Part shown: piece after piece, positions 1 to 49,279 of the stretch | How positions within the stretch are numbered: position 1 is the stretch's first letter | Layout: each line of letters opens with the position of its first letter | Source of the DNA: the human T2T-CHM13v2.0 reference genome, Homo sapiens | Assembly: GCF_009914755.1 (NCBI RefSeq) | Contig: NC_060928.1 | Direction: 5' to 3' (one strand) | DNA: 64,000 bases | Program-made: the position numbers and the translations under genes | Notes under the pieces: generated by a model | The model's database searches: none | Seen by the model: only the letters and a program-made list of their open reading frames with translations | What the model was told of the DNA's origin: nothing

Positions 1-9
1 TTTTAGTTT

Positions 10-298
10 GTTTTATTTGGGACAGTCTTGCTCTGTCACCCGGGCTGGAGTGCAGTGGCGCAATCATAGCTCACTATAACCTTGAACTCCTGGGCTCAAA
101 TGATCCTCCTGCCTCAGCTTTCCAAGTAGCTAGGACTACAGGCATGTGCCACTATGCCCAGCTAACTAAAACAAATTTTGTAGGGATGAGGTCTCACTGT
201 GTTGCTCAGACTAGTCTTGAACTCTTGGTCTCAAGTGATTCTCCTACCTCAGCTTCCCAAAGTGCTGGGATTACTGGCATAAGCCACTACATCCAGCC
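10..298 (-). mobile_element. AluJ
   Basis: Dimeric Alu with J-type CTTGAACTCCTGGGCTCAA right arm. Confidence 0.9.
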
Positions 299-356
299 CT
301 ATTTCTAGTAGTTTTATTTACATATATTATAATTTTTAAACACTCAGTAACCTTAG

Positions 357-496
357 TGAAACTGCCTTTGCAAAGATTATGACAGAGAAGTCTAACATGG
401 TTGACTCCATCTTGTTGCTATCCTTGCTGGCTATCTTTGCTCATTCCTGGGCAAAAGCCAAGCTACCCATGGTAGGAATTTAGTTTATAATTTAAC
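357..496 (+). mobile_element. 5' fragment of an ERV1 LTR (LTR8-like)
   Basis: Starts TGAAACTGCCTTTGCAAAGATTATGACAG...GACTCCATCTTG...CATTCCTGGGC, characteristic of the LTR8 5' end. Confidence 0.7.
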
Positions 497-5206
<4,710 letters not shown>

Positions 5207-5989
5207 CGGGATGATACAGGAACTTGAATACAAGACTTTCCTAGTTTACTACAAGTTTATTTTTCAATGCTAACTCAGTAGTCACTGGACTGGGTCTGTA
5301 ATTAAGGGTCCCAGAGGTTTGATAGTATTCTAAAACAATGTACCATATGTATTCATTTGAACCTAACTGCAAAAATCCTAAAGGGCTTGATGAGACAGAT
5401 TATTCCTTCCCCAGTCTTGCAGAGTTGGAGCTAACTGTGCAAATGTTTTGTTGCCTAGTGGAGAGGATAGCTGCATTTTCTCCACTTACCCAATTTGCCT
5501 TCTATGATTAATAATGGACTAGAAGGGAAGTCAGTGTGTATCTCATCTTACTACCAGACATATGGACTAGTCCAGTGGCTGAGCCAGAGGGACCTACTTA
5601 GGGGAAAATGTTCAGATTAAAATTAATGATTAAGGAAAGAAAGGTGAAATTGTTGCTGAAGGGAAAGTCAATAAATGTGTTGTATAAAAGGAAAAAACTA
5701 ACAATTTTGGTGAGGCATAAAGAGAGGCTTAGAACAAGAGAATAGTCTTAGCTTGGACTCACATGTTTGTTGGGGAAAAGAACTCTAGCAAAACAACTTC
5801 TTTTGAAGAGCCAAGAAGTAAGCTGAATGAAAACAGCAAAAATTATCAGGAGTAGTCTATATTTTCAATATGAATGAAAAAAGGGGAGCTCCAACTATGA
5901 CTATAGAAAATGCTAATGTGGGTATGTCTTTTGGTTTTTGTTTCACAGGACATTATTGCTAGAGGAGAATTTGCCTAAGGAAGATATAG

Positions 5990-11839
<5,850 letters not shown>

Positions 11840-12294
11840 TCAGCTGCCATCAGTCATCAAATGGTGAGAAGACAGATCACAAAAATATGATTCATAATAA
11901 TGCCAAACCCACGAAGATGATGCCACAGAAAGAGAATTGCAAAAGCTGATTGTTGGAGGACAGTTGCATGAACAAGAAATGTTATGGGAGGGTTGCTCAA
12001 ACTCTAATCTCTCAAGGTAACCCTTTTAGGAGTGATTGAAGATATGTCTTCTTTGGTTCTGCTGCTCCTGAGTCACCTTTATTTCTCCTAGAACTGTCAT
12101 GTTTCTCTGGAAAAGAACCACGCTCTCAGAGAAGCAGACATATTCCTTAAGAGATTTACCAGATGTGAGAATTTAGTTGTAGCCCTGTATTTCCCAGCTT
12201 CCTGTGGGTTTGTATAAGCATTCCCTGAAATGGATTCTCACTTGTTGACTATCATGAAAATGTGAGAAGAGGTATGTGTGTGTTTATATCCATA

Positions 12295-13987
<1,693 letters not shown>

Positions 13988-14599
13988 TAGCTGGGACTAT
14001 AGGCACCCACCAGCACACCCGGCTAATTTTTGTATTTTTAGTAGAGACGGGGTTTCACCATATTGGCCAGGCTGGTCTGGAACTCCTGACCTTGTGATCC
14101 CTCCACCTCGGCCTCCCAAAGTGCTGGGATTACAGGCATGAGCCACCACGCCCGGCCTATAATTTTTTTTTTTTTTTTTTTGAGATGGGAGTCTCGCTCA
14201 GCCGCCCAGCCTGGAGTGTGGTGGCAGGATCCCGGCTTACTGCAACCACTGTCTCCCATGTTCAAGCGATTCTCCTGTCTCAATTTCCTGAGTAGCTGGG
14301 ATTACAGGCACCCGCCATCATGCCCAGCTAATTTTTTTTGTATTTTAATAGAGACAGGGTTTCACCATGTCGGCCAGGCTGGTCTTGAACTCCTGACCTC
14401 AGCTAATCCGCCCACCTCGGCCTCCCAAAGTGCTAAGATTACAGGTGTGAGCCACCGCACCCGGTCAATTTTTTTTTTTTAATTAGCCGGGCCTGGTGCC
14501 CAGAAGGTCAAGGCTTCAGTGAGCTATGATCATTCCACTGCACTTCAGCCGAGGTGAAAGAGTGAAACCCTGTCTCAAAAAGAAATTTTGCTGTGTTTG

Positions 14600-16398
<1,799 letters not shown>

Positions 16399-16399
16399 C

Positions 16400-17095
16400 C
16401 ATCTTACCAGCTCCCTTTCCCACATCCAAACAATCACTGAATCCTGTTAATGTAACTTCTAAGTCAGCTTAAGTTTTGGCATTCTCTCTTTTTCAGTACC
16501 AATTCTTAGATCACTGCCTAGACTAATAAAATAATCTCTTAATTGGTGATTCTGCCTAGAGTCAGCTCTTCACAAATCATCCTGTGTGTTGTTGCCAGGG
16601 TGTTCTTTCTGAGATCTTTCTCTAACTATGTCATTTCCCCATTTAAAACCCTCTGCAGGACAGGACAAAGTTCAAATTCCTTTACATCTGAATCCCATTC
16701 TCCACCTTATGCATTGCACTGGAACATTGTAAATCTCTTTGTTTCCTGCACACATCATGCTCTTGTACATGGTGTTCTGCTGCCTGGAATGTCCTTTCCA
16801 CCTTGACTTCTTGCTGCATACCTATTCATCCTTTCAAATCTGGTGCCTGCAACCACTTGCTGGTGTTCTGTGACACTTTCTTGAATCTCACAGTGAGAAT
16901 ATCCTCCTCTGCACTATTTCACGACCTTGCACATAGTTCATTTGTTTCATACATCACACACTGTTGTGTTACGTATTGACATGGCTGTCTTCACAACTAG
17001 GCTCTGAGCACCTTAAAGGCTGGGACTGACGCCAGTCACAATCTAATGCAAAGGACAGTGCTGTTATGGAAATGTTTATTGAACTGAACTGAAAA
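16400..17095 (+). mobile_element. L2 3' fragment
   Basis: Pyrimidine-rich, CTGCCTGGAATGTCCTTTCC...TTCATCCTTTCAAATC, ending AAATGTTTATTGAACTGAACTGAA as in L2 3' ends. Confidence 0.65.
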
Positions 17096-17879
17096 TCCTG
17101 CCACATAAAGAGAGCTTAGGAAGGACAGAGAAGAGATAGAATGCTGAAAATGCCAAGCATAAACTTTGCAGTGGCTGAATTGTAAGAAATTCACCCAAAG
17201 AGTCAGCTCTGAGTCACCTCTTTTGAGGTTCAAAATCACACAAATGAAGCAACTGAACATAGAATTTAACCACTTACTTTGAAGAGGGTTTCTTGCTAGC
17301 CATTCAGGAAAATACAAAATGATGCAAATATCTTTTTAAAATAAAGAATATATAGAAATTCAAATCAAGTATTAAAATGTAAGGCTAGTTCACCTCCTCA
17401 GAGAGAATGAATAACTTGGAAGAGGAAAAAATGGTCTAAAAATTTCTATTAGGATAGTATCTCTTCTTTTTCCTGCATTATCATTTTGTATTTTCTAAGA
17501 GATAGAACTCACTTTCTGTTCCTACCATTTTATAAGGCCTCTATTTTAGCAGTAAATTGGTTGAATTACTGCCTGAAACTCTACATTTTAGATGAAATAT
17601 TATAAATAGGATATTTTGTGAATTGCAGTTACTTGTTACATAAAGGAACAGCTATAAAAACGCATCGAAATAGGTAAGACATTTTGAAAAGCAAGATTTT
17701 GTATTGAACTGTCTGTGATGCATTGTAATAGGTTAGTCCAAAAATACTAACTTGGTTTTCTTTTCTTTTTTTTTTCTTTTTTCTTTTTTTTAGCTCAAAG
17801 CACCTGTCATAAAAATATTAACTTGTAATAAAAGTGTTTAGTAACACTAATATGTGATGGCAATTTCAGGAAAGTCAAT

Positions 17880-18362
17880 GTTCTGAGCAAGAAGAACAAG
17901 GAACAGAAGGTATAATGATAACAGATGAGAGAGGAAAAAGCAGACTCAATCAACTCCTACTTTTCCATCATTTTTCCGTTACAGAGAATTATCCTCAAAT
18001 TAGAAGGAGTAGGACCTACATGGTAAAGAAAAAATTTACGTGCAAGGCAGATGAGGAAGTAAGAGAGCATCCAGCCCCTTCACACAACTTCATTCTCTGT
18101 CTTACCGAAAGAATGTGAAATGTGGTGGTAGCTTTACTGGGGACAGGAGAGGTGCCAGAAGTTTGAAGATGGACTAATCTCCTTGTTTTCTAAAAGAAGA
18201 ACCTATAAGTCTCTGAGCACATTTTTCTTTGGCAAAATTCTGGAATGGATAATTAGACAAATGGTTTGTGAATCTTTAGAAAAGTGGCAAAAACAAGGCA
18301 CAGCATAAATTCACTAAAAAATAAGTGGACCTAAACTAAGCATTCTTTCTTCCTGATAGGAA
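17880..18362 (+). mobile_element. CR1/L3 ORF2 relic (part 1)
   Basis: GAGAGGTGCCAGAAG...GGCAAAATTCTGGAATGGATAATTA...CAGCATAAATTCACTAAAAA resembles decayed CR1 RT (GKILE, QHGF motifs). Confidence 0.55.
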
Positions 18363-18691
18363 TCCTACTTTCCTTGGTCTGACACCTGCAGGGTCAAGTA
18401 TGGGCCTTGGAGTCAGCTGAGGCTGAATTCCAATTCCAGTTCCACCACTCCAAAAGTGACACTTGGACACCAAATTCTCTGAGACCCTCCTGTAATGCAA
18501 ATTTAGTGGAGCTACTTTGGGGTTAGCTCTCTCTCCCCCAGGGCCTTCCTTGAGACCAGTTTCACACATGGTCTCATTACAAAACAGTAACAACAAAAAC
18601 CCCAATTTTGGAGGCATTAATAAATAATGGGGATTATATTATACATAACAAAGCAAAATATTCATAAAAATCATCTTCTATAACCTGGGTC

Positions 18692-21820
<3,129 letters not shown>

Positions 21821-21836
21821 CATGCCTGGCTAATTT

Positions 21837-26100
<4,264 letters not shown>

Positions 26101-26560
26101 ATGCCTAGCTAATTTTTTTCAAGTTTTTGGAGAGATGGACTCTCCCTATATTGCCCAGGCTGGTCTTGAACTCCTGGCCTCAAGGGGTCCTTCTGCCTGA
26201 GCTTCTCAAATTGTTGGGATTACAGATATGAGCCACTGGACCTGGCCAGGACTAAATTATTTCTGAAAAAAACTTCTGGCCATGAAATTATATTTCAATT
26301 ATTTAATTCAAAGCCACTAGTTATTTTAAGCAATTTAGCTTAGCAGATTAACTGATTGCCATTTTAGATAATGGATACATTAGTGGTTGTAAATGGTATA
26401 AATCCAATTCAAATTATTGCAGGCAAAACAGGATTCTATAGGCTCTTAGAATTCAAGAAATGGTTAAGCAGTGAAACAGTGGGAAGGACAGAGATTCAGC
26501 TGAGCCTTGGGAACCCTGATATTCACACTAAGATAGTAAGGTTTAAAAGTAAGATTTGAC

Positions 26561-26918
<358 letters not shown>

Positions 26919-27053
26919 TTACAGAAAGCAGAAGGGAGAGGAGCAAGAACTAAGCTTTGCTGAATGTCTACTATGTGTCAGGTTCTGTGTTAAATTATTT
27001 CAAGAAATCTATCTATTTTAATCCTTACCAAAAAGTATAGAAACTGAAGTTTA

Positions 27054-29572
<2,519 letters not shown>

Positions 29573-29573
29573 A

Positions 29574-29777
29574 TTTTTAACTTTATAATAACTATAGATT
29601 CATGGGAGGTTGCGAGGTTCCATGTGCCCTTCACCCAGTTTCCCCCAGTGGTTACCTCTCACATAAATACAGTACAATATCAAAACAAGGAATTTGACAT
29701 TGTTGCAATGCGTGTGCATAGTTCTATGTCATTTTATCACATATGTAGATTTGTGTAACCACCACTACAATCAAGTC
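29574..29777 (-). mobile_element. L1MC-type 3' end
   Basis: CCCTTCACCCAGTTTCCCCCAGTGGT...AGTACAATATCAAAACAAGGAATTTGACATTG...TAACCACCACTACAATCAAG. Confidence 0.65.
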
Positions 29778-29779
29778 AC

Positions 29780-33198
<3,419 letters not shown>

Positions 33199-33248
33199 TG
33201 TTAATTTTATTTATTTATTTGTTTTTATTTTTATTTTTATTTTTTTGA

Positions 33249-33392
<144 letters not shown>

Positions 33393-33524
33393 TAATTTTT
33401 GTATTTTTAGTAGAGACAGGGTTTCACCATGTTGGCCAAGCTGGTCTCGAACTCCTGACCTCAGGTGATCCATCTGCCTCGGCCTCCCAAAGTGTGTGAG
33501 CCACTGCGCCCGGCCTATGTTAAC

Positions 33525-33700
33525 TTTTAAAATCCTCCTAATAATCCTATGTAGTAATCACTATTAGACCCATTTCAGATAGGGGAACTCAAGTATAGAG
33601 AAGTTAACTTATTTGCCCAAGATCACACAGCTAGTAAGTAGGGAGATAAGATTCAAACTGAGGCAATCTGGTGTCAGAGCCCATGGTCATGACTACCACA
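33525..33700 (-). mobile_element. MIR
   Basis: CCATTTCAGATAGGGGAACTCAAG...AGAAGTTAACTTATTTGCCCAAGATCACACAGCTAGTAAGT core. Confidence 0.75.
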
Positions 33701-33764
33701 TGGGCTTTTGATAGCCTTTCATTTATTTATCACTTTATACTCTCAAAGTACCATCACATTTAAT

Positions 33765-34440
33765 TTCATTCATTATTAACCCTATCATATCAAATACTTA
33801 CTGAGCACTCATTATGAAGAACTTTGTATTAGGTATCAGGATACAACAATGAAAAGACTTGGTTCCTGATTATAAAATGCTTACAGCCTAGTAAAGGGTA
33901 CAGAAATATAAATAAATAACTGCAACAGAACATGATGAGTACTACAGTAGAGATATGTGGCAGATGTTGTGGCCACATGAAAGAGGATGTAACTTTGTTT
34001 GGAGAAGTCAGGCAAGTTTCACAGATTATTTTTATTTATTTATTTCGAGACAGGGTGTCACTCTGTTGCCCTGCCTGGAGTGCAATGGTGAGATCACAGC
34101 TCTCTGCAGCCTTGAACTCCTAAGTTCAAGCTATCCTCCCACCTCAACCTTCTGAGAGGCTAGGACTACAACCGTGCACCCCCATGCCCAGCTAATTTTT
34201 CTAAAAAAATTTTTGTAGAGACGCAATCTCACTATGTTGCCCAGGCTACAGATGACTAACTTGGATCTTGAAAGAAGGATAGGCTTTCAACAAGGGGATG
34301 AAAGGGAGAAAGAATTCCAGGCAGAGAGAACAGCATAAGCAATGGTATGGAAGCATGAAAATAGCATCTCTGGTAATGTCTGGTAAGCAGTAAATACAAT
34401 GACATAGCCATTGTTCAAGGTGCACGTTGTAGGGTGGAAG
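33765..34440 (-). mobile_element. L2 fragment with inserted Alu
   Basis: CAAATACTTACTGAGCAC...GGATACAACAATGAAAAGAC and ATTCCAGGCAGAGAGAACAGCAT. Confidence 0.65.
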
Positions 34441-34587
34441 ATATTGTTGGCTTGCCCAAATTATCCTAACACTGCTTATTAAACAATTCATTATTTATCT
34501 ACCAAATTTAAATCCCACATTTATCACATATTAAAACTTTATTAGTGGTGTCTCTGTCTGTTCTGGCTATATTGTCTGGTTTGATTC

Positions 34588-36912
<2,325 letters not shown>

Positions 36913-37149
36913 CTAAAACTGATCAGTGTTCTAAGGGGCAATAAAACACAACCTTTGTAAATGGTCATCCTCACTACCAACAGAAAGAAAAAAAAAATAT
37001 TGCATCCCTGTTCATTTCTATAAATTAAGCTCTACTGTTAGAGGATTGGAAGGCATCTAGTCCCTAATCAATTATTAGTCGGAATTACATTTTCTGAGTC
37101 AGATGATCCTTGGGCAGCCTTATTTTAAAATGCTCTAAAAAATGCTCTA

Positions 37150-38570
<1,421 letters not shown>

Positions 38571-39671
38571 TAGCCAGGTGTGGTGGCTCACACCTGTAGT
38601 CACAGGTACTTAGGAGGCCGAGGCAGGAGGAACACTTGAGCCTGGAAGGTCGAGACTGGAGTGAGCTGTCATTGCACCACTGCACTCCAGCCTGGGTGAA
38701 AAAACAAGACCCTGCCAAAAAAAGAAAAGCAAAGAAAAAAAAAAAAAGAAGGTAATTTTGTCCCTTTTCCTGATCATTGTAATTTGGAGCACTGAAGTTA
38801 AGGGTGTAAGCTCTGTAGTCAAAAGATCTGTGAGAATTCTGTCTCTTTCAGTCCCTAGTGTTTAACTTGGGGTTGGGTAAGTTACTTAACTTGCTTAGTT
38901 TCAGTTTCCTCATGGCCAGTAAATGAGTTAATTTACATTTTGTAACTTAATTACATATGTACAGCTCTTGGACACATGTTTGACATTAAATGAACACTCA
39001 ACAAATGTTACTTTTTTCTTGGAATTTTGAACTGTATAGAACTTCAACATTGTTAAATAGTATTCTCATGGTCATGAGATGGCTGTTGCAGTTTCAGCTT
39101 GATATCCAGAGGCAGGGAAAAGAAAATAACTTGTTTTGTGCTCTGGAAGACTTCTTCTCTTATATGGGTCCCCCATCAGATTTCTTTTCATGGCTCCCTG
39201 GCCAGAATTATGGCGTATGCTCATGCCTAATTTAATTACCCACAAAAATACTTAAGACACCTATGATTCTTTGGCCAATCAACATTCACCTTTGGATCTT
39301 GGGAGGGGTGTCACATGGAGAATGAACACATGAACAAACTGAGACTCTGCGAAGAAGGGGGATGGGCAGGTGGTGGAAATGGATTTGGGTAGGCAATTAA
39401 CAGGGTTTGCTTCATGTATCAACTCAAAATGTATACAAATTTGAATTCCTTGTCTTTCCTCTTACACCTGCACCTCTTCTTATCTTCCGTATTTCTGTTA
39501 ATGGTATCAAAGAAAACTTGTGCATTTTCTTTGCTTCCTTCCTTACCCTTGCCCTTTAAATCCAAATAGTTGGCAAGACATACTGGAAATAATCTGCCTA
39601 CACATCATAAGCTTTTCTCTATTTACTTTATTGCCACCCTCTTTCAGGTACTCATAACTTGTCTCCTAGAG

Positions 39672-39820
39672 CAGTGCTTCCTAAATGTTTCTCTGCATCA
39701 GAATCACCTGGAGAATAAAAATGCAGATTACCGGATCCCAGAACTAATTCAGTAGTTCGGGAGTGGGAACCAATAATTTACATTTCTAACAATTTCCTAG
39801 TTGATGCTGGTGCTGTTCTA
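39672..39820. mobile_element. MER5A hAT element inside an L2 relic (about 39400-39960)
   Basis: CAGTGCTTCCTAAA...GCATCAGAATCACCTGGAG...AAAAATGCAGATT...CATTTCTAACAA. Confidence 0.7.
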
Positions 39821-40059
39821 GAATATTTTAACAGATACCAGGCAGGCTTTCTTCCTCCAATTCTTCTCCATTTCAGTCTAGCCTACTGAGAGCTGCCAGT
39901 ATTAATCCTCCTAAGCAGAGTTTCAGTACATAACTACATTAATCAAAAACTTTGGGGATTCTATAAAGCTAAGGAAAACAGCTCATTTGGTCCAGACAAT
40001 AGTTGTTTATGGATTACTGGTTGGTATTTTTTTTATTTTCTCTCTGTCTCTCTCTGTCA

Positions 40060-40938
<879 letters not shown>

Positions 40939-41310
40939 TGATTGGTATCTTTTTTTTTTTTTTTGAGATAGGTGCGATCCTGGCTCACTGTGGCCTAGAC
41001 CTCCTCAGCTCAAGTGATCCTCCCACCTCACTCCGAAGTAACTGAGACTACAGGCACACGCCTCCACACCTGGCTCTCTCTCTCTCTCTCTCTTTTTTTT
41101 TCTTGATAGAATCAGGGTCTTGCTATATATTGCCTAGCCTGGTCTTGAACTAGCCTCAAGCGATCCTCCTGCTCAGCCTCCCAAAGTGCTAGGATTACAG
41201 GCATGAGCCACTGTGCTCAGCTGATTGGTATCTTAATATACAAAATCGGCCAGGTGTGCTGGCTCACGCCTGTAATCCCAGCACCTTGGGAGGTCAAGGT
41301 GAGTGGATCA

Positions 41311-42075
<765 letters not shown>

Positions 42076-42909
42076 TCACAACCTCTGAACTCCCAAGACA
42101 CACAATTTCTCTGCCACTTATTTAAAAATTGGCATATGCTATCCTGTATTTGTCTTACAATGAAATTTTCTATCTTCTCCAATAAACTAGTTTTTTTCTT
42201 TTTTTTTGGTGGAGGGGGAATGGGGGACAGGATCTCACTCTGTTACCCAGGCTGGAGTGCAGTGGTGCAATCATAGCTCACAGCAGCTTCAAACTCCTTG
42301 GGCTCAAGCCATTCTCCTGCCTCAGCCTCCTGAGTAGCAGGGACTACAGGCACACATCATCATGCCTGGCATGGGGGCTCACTTATGTTGCCCAGGCTGC
42401 TCTTGAACTCCTGGACTCAAGCAATCCTTGTGCCTTGGCCTCCCATAGTGCTGAGATTACAGTCATGAGCCACTGGGCCCAGCCTCCTGCAATAAATTCA
42501 TTTTTGTTGCTTTTTTTTTTTTTTTTGACAGAGTCTCACTCTATTGCCCGGGCTGGAGTGCAGTACTGTGATCATGGCTCACTGCAGCTTTGAACTCCTG
42601 GACTGAAGTGATTCTCCCACTTCAACCTCCGGAGTAGCTAGGACTACAGGTGTACACCACCACACCCGGCTAATCTTTAAATTTTCTGTAGAGATGAGGT
42701 CTCAGTATATTGCCCTAGCTGGTCTCAAACTCCTAGCCTCAAGTGATTCTCCCACCTTGACCTCTCAAAATGCTGGGATTAGAGGTGTGAGCCACTGTGC
42801 CCAGCCCCTAATAAGTTATTAATTTTATGAGCAGAGTATGTATTTCATTTCTCTTTGCATTCCTAGCATCTAACATAGTGACTTGAACTTCCATAAATGT
42901 TGATAATTA

Positions 42910-43565
<656 letters not shown>

Positions 43566-43627
43566 CTAAAAAGGAAAAAAAAAAAATTAACTAACACTGG
43601 ATTAGAGGCCCAGTGTGATGTCTTTTA

Positions 43628-43828
<201 letters not shown>

Positions 43829-44173
43829 TTAATGTGGCAGATTAGTATCCAAGATGGAGCTGCTTTAGTCTCCACTAGGTTTAATAAAATTAATAATTCC
43901 TACTGTTCCATCAAGACATTCCAAAGTGAAACTGGCAGTTTTTTAAACAGTGAATGTGTTACATTAATTGTTACTAGTACAGTAATTGTACAGTACTATT
44001 GCTTTACAGTATTGGTGCAAATGTCAAAGTGGAAAAAAGGCAGATAATATCTTAGTATCATAATAATAGTTCAAGCATGGGCTGGGCTCGGTGGCTCACA
44101 CCTGTAATCCCAACACTTTGGGAGGCCGAGGCAGGCAGATCATGAGGTCAGGAGATCGAGACCATCCTGGCTA

Positions 44174-44470
<297 letters not shown>

Positions 44471-45163
44471 TCATCCCTGCTAAAATGTAAATTTCACGAT
44501 TGCAGGGATTTTAATCTCTTGTTCACTGATATGCCTCCAGGGCCTAGCGCATAGTAGGCATTCAATAAATACTTATTTAATTATTTAGTTAACGAAGTTA
44601 ATCAGAATTAGATCATATTACGGAAGAGCTATGTTCTCCATTATTGGAAACACATTTTTAAAAATTTGTTTTTGGATGGATAAAAAATACAACAGGAGAC
44701 ATGGTGAAAATTCTCCCACTTTGCTTCCCCCAAAGTACTTAAGTTCCTTCCTGAGAGGTAACCACTGTTATCAGTTTCTTCCACATTTTTCCAGTGATAT
44801 TTTATGGTTCACAAACATTACATATACGGGCATATTCCTTTCTCTCCTTACAAATATGGTGGCATACTATATACATATGGGCTGTGACATACCCTTTAAT
44901 AAGTAAACTTTTTCTTTTGGAATAATTTTATTTTATAATTTTATTTTATTTATCTTTTTTAGAGGCAGGATCTCACTTTGACACCAGGTTAGAATGCAGT
45001 GGTGCAACTATAGCTCACTGCAGCCTGAAACTCCTGGGCTCAAACCTGCCTCCCACTTCAGCCTCCCAAGCAGCTAAGACTACAGGCACATGCCACCACC
45101 CCTGGCTAGTTTTTTACTTTTTTTGTAGAGATGGGGGTCTTTTTGGCTGGGTGTGGTGGCTCA

Positions 45164-45736
<573 letters not shown>

Positions 45737-45911
45737 TGAGCCACCGCACTTGGCTAGAGATGGGGTCTTTCTGTGATGCCAAGGCTGGTCTAGAATTCCT
45801 GGCCTCAGGTGATCCTCCCACCTCCACCACCCAAGTTGCTGAGATCACAAGCATGAGCCATCACAATTGGCCTTGGAATAATTTTAGATTACAAGAAAGT
45901 TGAAAAGATAG

Positions 45912-46151
<240 letters not shown>

Positions 46152-46388
46152 TGACCTCAGGTGAGCTGCCTGCCTTGGCCTCCCAAAGTGCTGGGATTAC
46201 AGGTTTGAGCAATCGCACCCGGCCCTGTACAGAGATTCTTGTATACTCTTTACTCAACTTCCACTAATGTTAACATCATATATTACCATATGGCTATGTC
46301 AAAACTGAGAAATTAGCATTGTTATAATACCATTAACTAAATTACAGAATTTATTTATATTTCACTAGGTATGCCCTTTTGGTTCTAG

Positions 46389-46676
<288 letters not shown>

Positions 46677-46920
46677 TGATCGGCCCACCTCAGCCTCCCA
46701 AAGTGCTGGGATTACAGGTGTGAGCCACCGTGACTGGCCTCGCATGGCGCTTCTTATTCACTTAAAATATATCCTGGAGATTGTTTCATATCAGTTAATA
46801 TGCAGTTGTCTCATTAGAAGGACTACAGAATGAATTCCTAGAAGTGAAATTGCAGGAGCAGTGATTATGTGCATTTAAAGATTACCAAACCCTCTCCCTT
46901 GAAGAAATTACCAGACCCTT

Positions 46921-47480
<560 letters not shown>

Positions 47481-47640
47481 TAGGATTGGACAGTGATAAT
47501 GTAAAGTGCTCAAAAAGTTTTTGCACTCTTCAAAATAATTTTTTTAAGTCTACTGGCACAAATACATATAGCATTGCGTGATTTACATTACACCAATAAT
47601 TCCTTGTACCATGACCTACGTATATGGTTGAGTCCTCTTA

Positions 47641-47659
47641 GGACCACTAGGGGGCTCTG
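47641..47659 (+). promoter_or_regulatory. Candidate CTCF site
   Basis: GGACCACTAGGGGGCTCTG closely matches the CTCF core CCAC(C/T)AG(G/A)GGGCGC, in non-Alu sequence ~2.3 kb upstream of exon 1. Confidence 0.65.
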
Positions 47660-49103
47660 CTAGAAGGGTTTATATAATTTATGTCAGCCCACTTAGGGGA
47701 AATGTTTTGAGATGATATTTTCGAATTCTGAACTCTTAAAACTTGAGAGAGATAATCTAATCCAGTTTTCTCGTTTCGTAGATGAGGAAATAAAAGCTGG
47801 CAAGAGAACTGCCATGGGAGAGAACTGGAATTTTAAAATCTCCTCTTGGTTCCTGGGGCGGGAGTTTAAGAAATTCTCTTTTGCCTTGTGCCCCCACTGA
47901 TTCGCCTCCATTGGCTATTTCCATGTTTGCCACCACAATTTTAATTACTTTTGGTAAGACCATGTATTTGTGATATTTTTATAATAGATATTTTACTGAT
48001 TGGCTAGGTGAAGAAAGTGCATGAAGTATAAACTTCTGAAATGACACCCTTATTACTTATTCCAAAATGTTCTATTCAAAATGCTTCTCAGTACCAAACC
48101 ATTATTACTATGCACCTTAGAAACCACTTTCTTTTTTAAAAATTATTATCTTTAGAGACAGGATTTCACCATAGGGCCCAGGTTGGTCTCAAACTCCTGG
48201 GCTCAAGTGATCTGCTCCCCCTCGGCCTTCCAAAGTGCTGGGATTACAGGCGTGAGCCACCACGCCCGACCAGAAACCACTTTCTTTTGTTTGTTTGTTT
48301 TTTGTTTTTTTTTGAGACGGAGTCTTGCTCCGTTGCCCAGACTGGAGTGCAGTGGCGCAATCTCGCTCGCTGCAAGCTCCGCCTCCCGGGTTCACGCCAT
48401 TCTCCTGCCTCAGCCTCCCGAGTAGCTGGGACTACAGGCGCCCGCCACCACGCCCAGCTATTTTTTTTATATTTTTTTAGTAGAGACGGGGTTTCACCGT
48501 GTTAGCCAGGATGGTCTTGATCTCCTGACCTCGTGATCCGCCCGCCTCCGCCTCCCAAAGTGCTGGGATTACAGGCGTGAGCCACCGCACCTGGCCCAGA
48601 AACCACTTTCAAACTTACTTTCCACTTAAAATATTTTATACTTTTTGTTTTGTTTTGTTTTGTTTGAGACAGAATCTTGCACTGTGGCCCAGGCTGGAGT
48701 GCAGTGGCGCGATCTCGCTCACTGCAACCTCCGACCCCCAGGTTCAAGCGATTTTCCTGCCTCAGCCTCCAGAATAGCTGGGATTACAGGTGCCTGCCAC
48801 CACACCTGGCTGATTTTTGTATTTTTAGTAGAGATGGGGTTTCACCATGTTGGCCAGACTGGTCTCGGACTCCTGACCTCAAGCGATCCGCCACGCCAGC
48901 AAAAACGTTTTAGTCTTATCTGTACTCATTTACTCATTCAATATTTATTGAGTGCCTACTATCACCAGGCACCTTTGAAGCCTAGGTTTACAGAAATAAG
49001 GCTCCCCCTCCCCCACCCCGAGTCCCCTGAAGGGTACTGTAATTGTTTCCATTTCTCCAATTTTCACTTTAATATATGTGAATTTTCACATGCTTCATTC
49101 AGT

Positions 49104-49205
49104 TCAGTGGTTCTCATGTGGTCCCGGAACCAGCACCAACAGCAGCAGCAACTGGGAGACTTGTTAGAAGCGCAGTCTTAGGCCCACCCTACACTCTAGG
49201 GATGG
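49104..49205. mobile_element. MER5A-like fragment
   Basis: CAGTGGTTCTCATGTGGTCCC..ACCAGCA...CTGGGAGACTTGTTAGAA...CAG. Confidence 0.6.
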
Positions 49206-49213
49206 GCATAGGA

Positions 49214-49217
<4 letters not shown>

Positions 49218-49265
<48 letters not shown>

Positions 49266-49279
49266 TTGTGTGTGTGTGT
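49218..49279. repeat. (TG)14(AG)9..(TG)6 compound microsatellite upstream of the promoter
   Basis: Seen directly. Confidence 0.93.
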
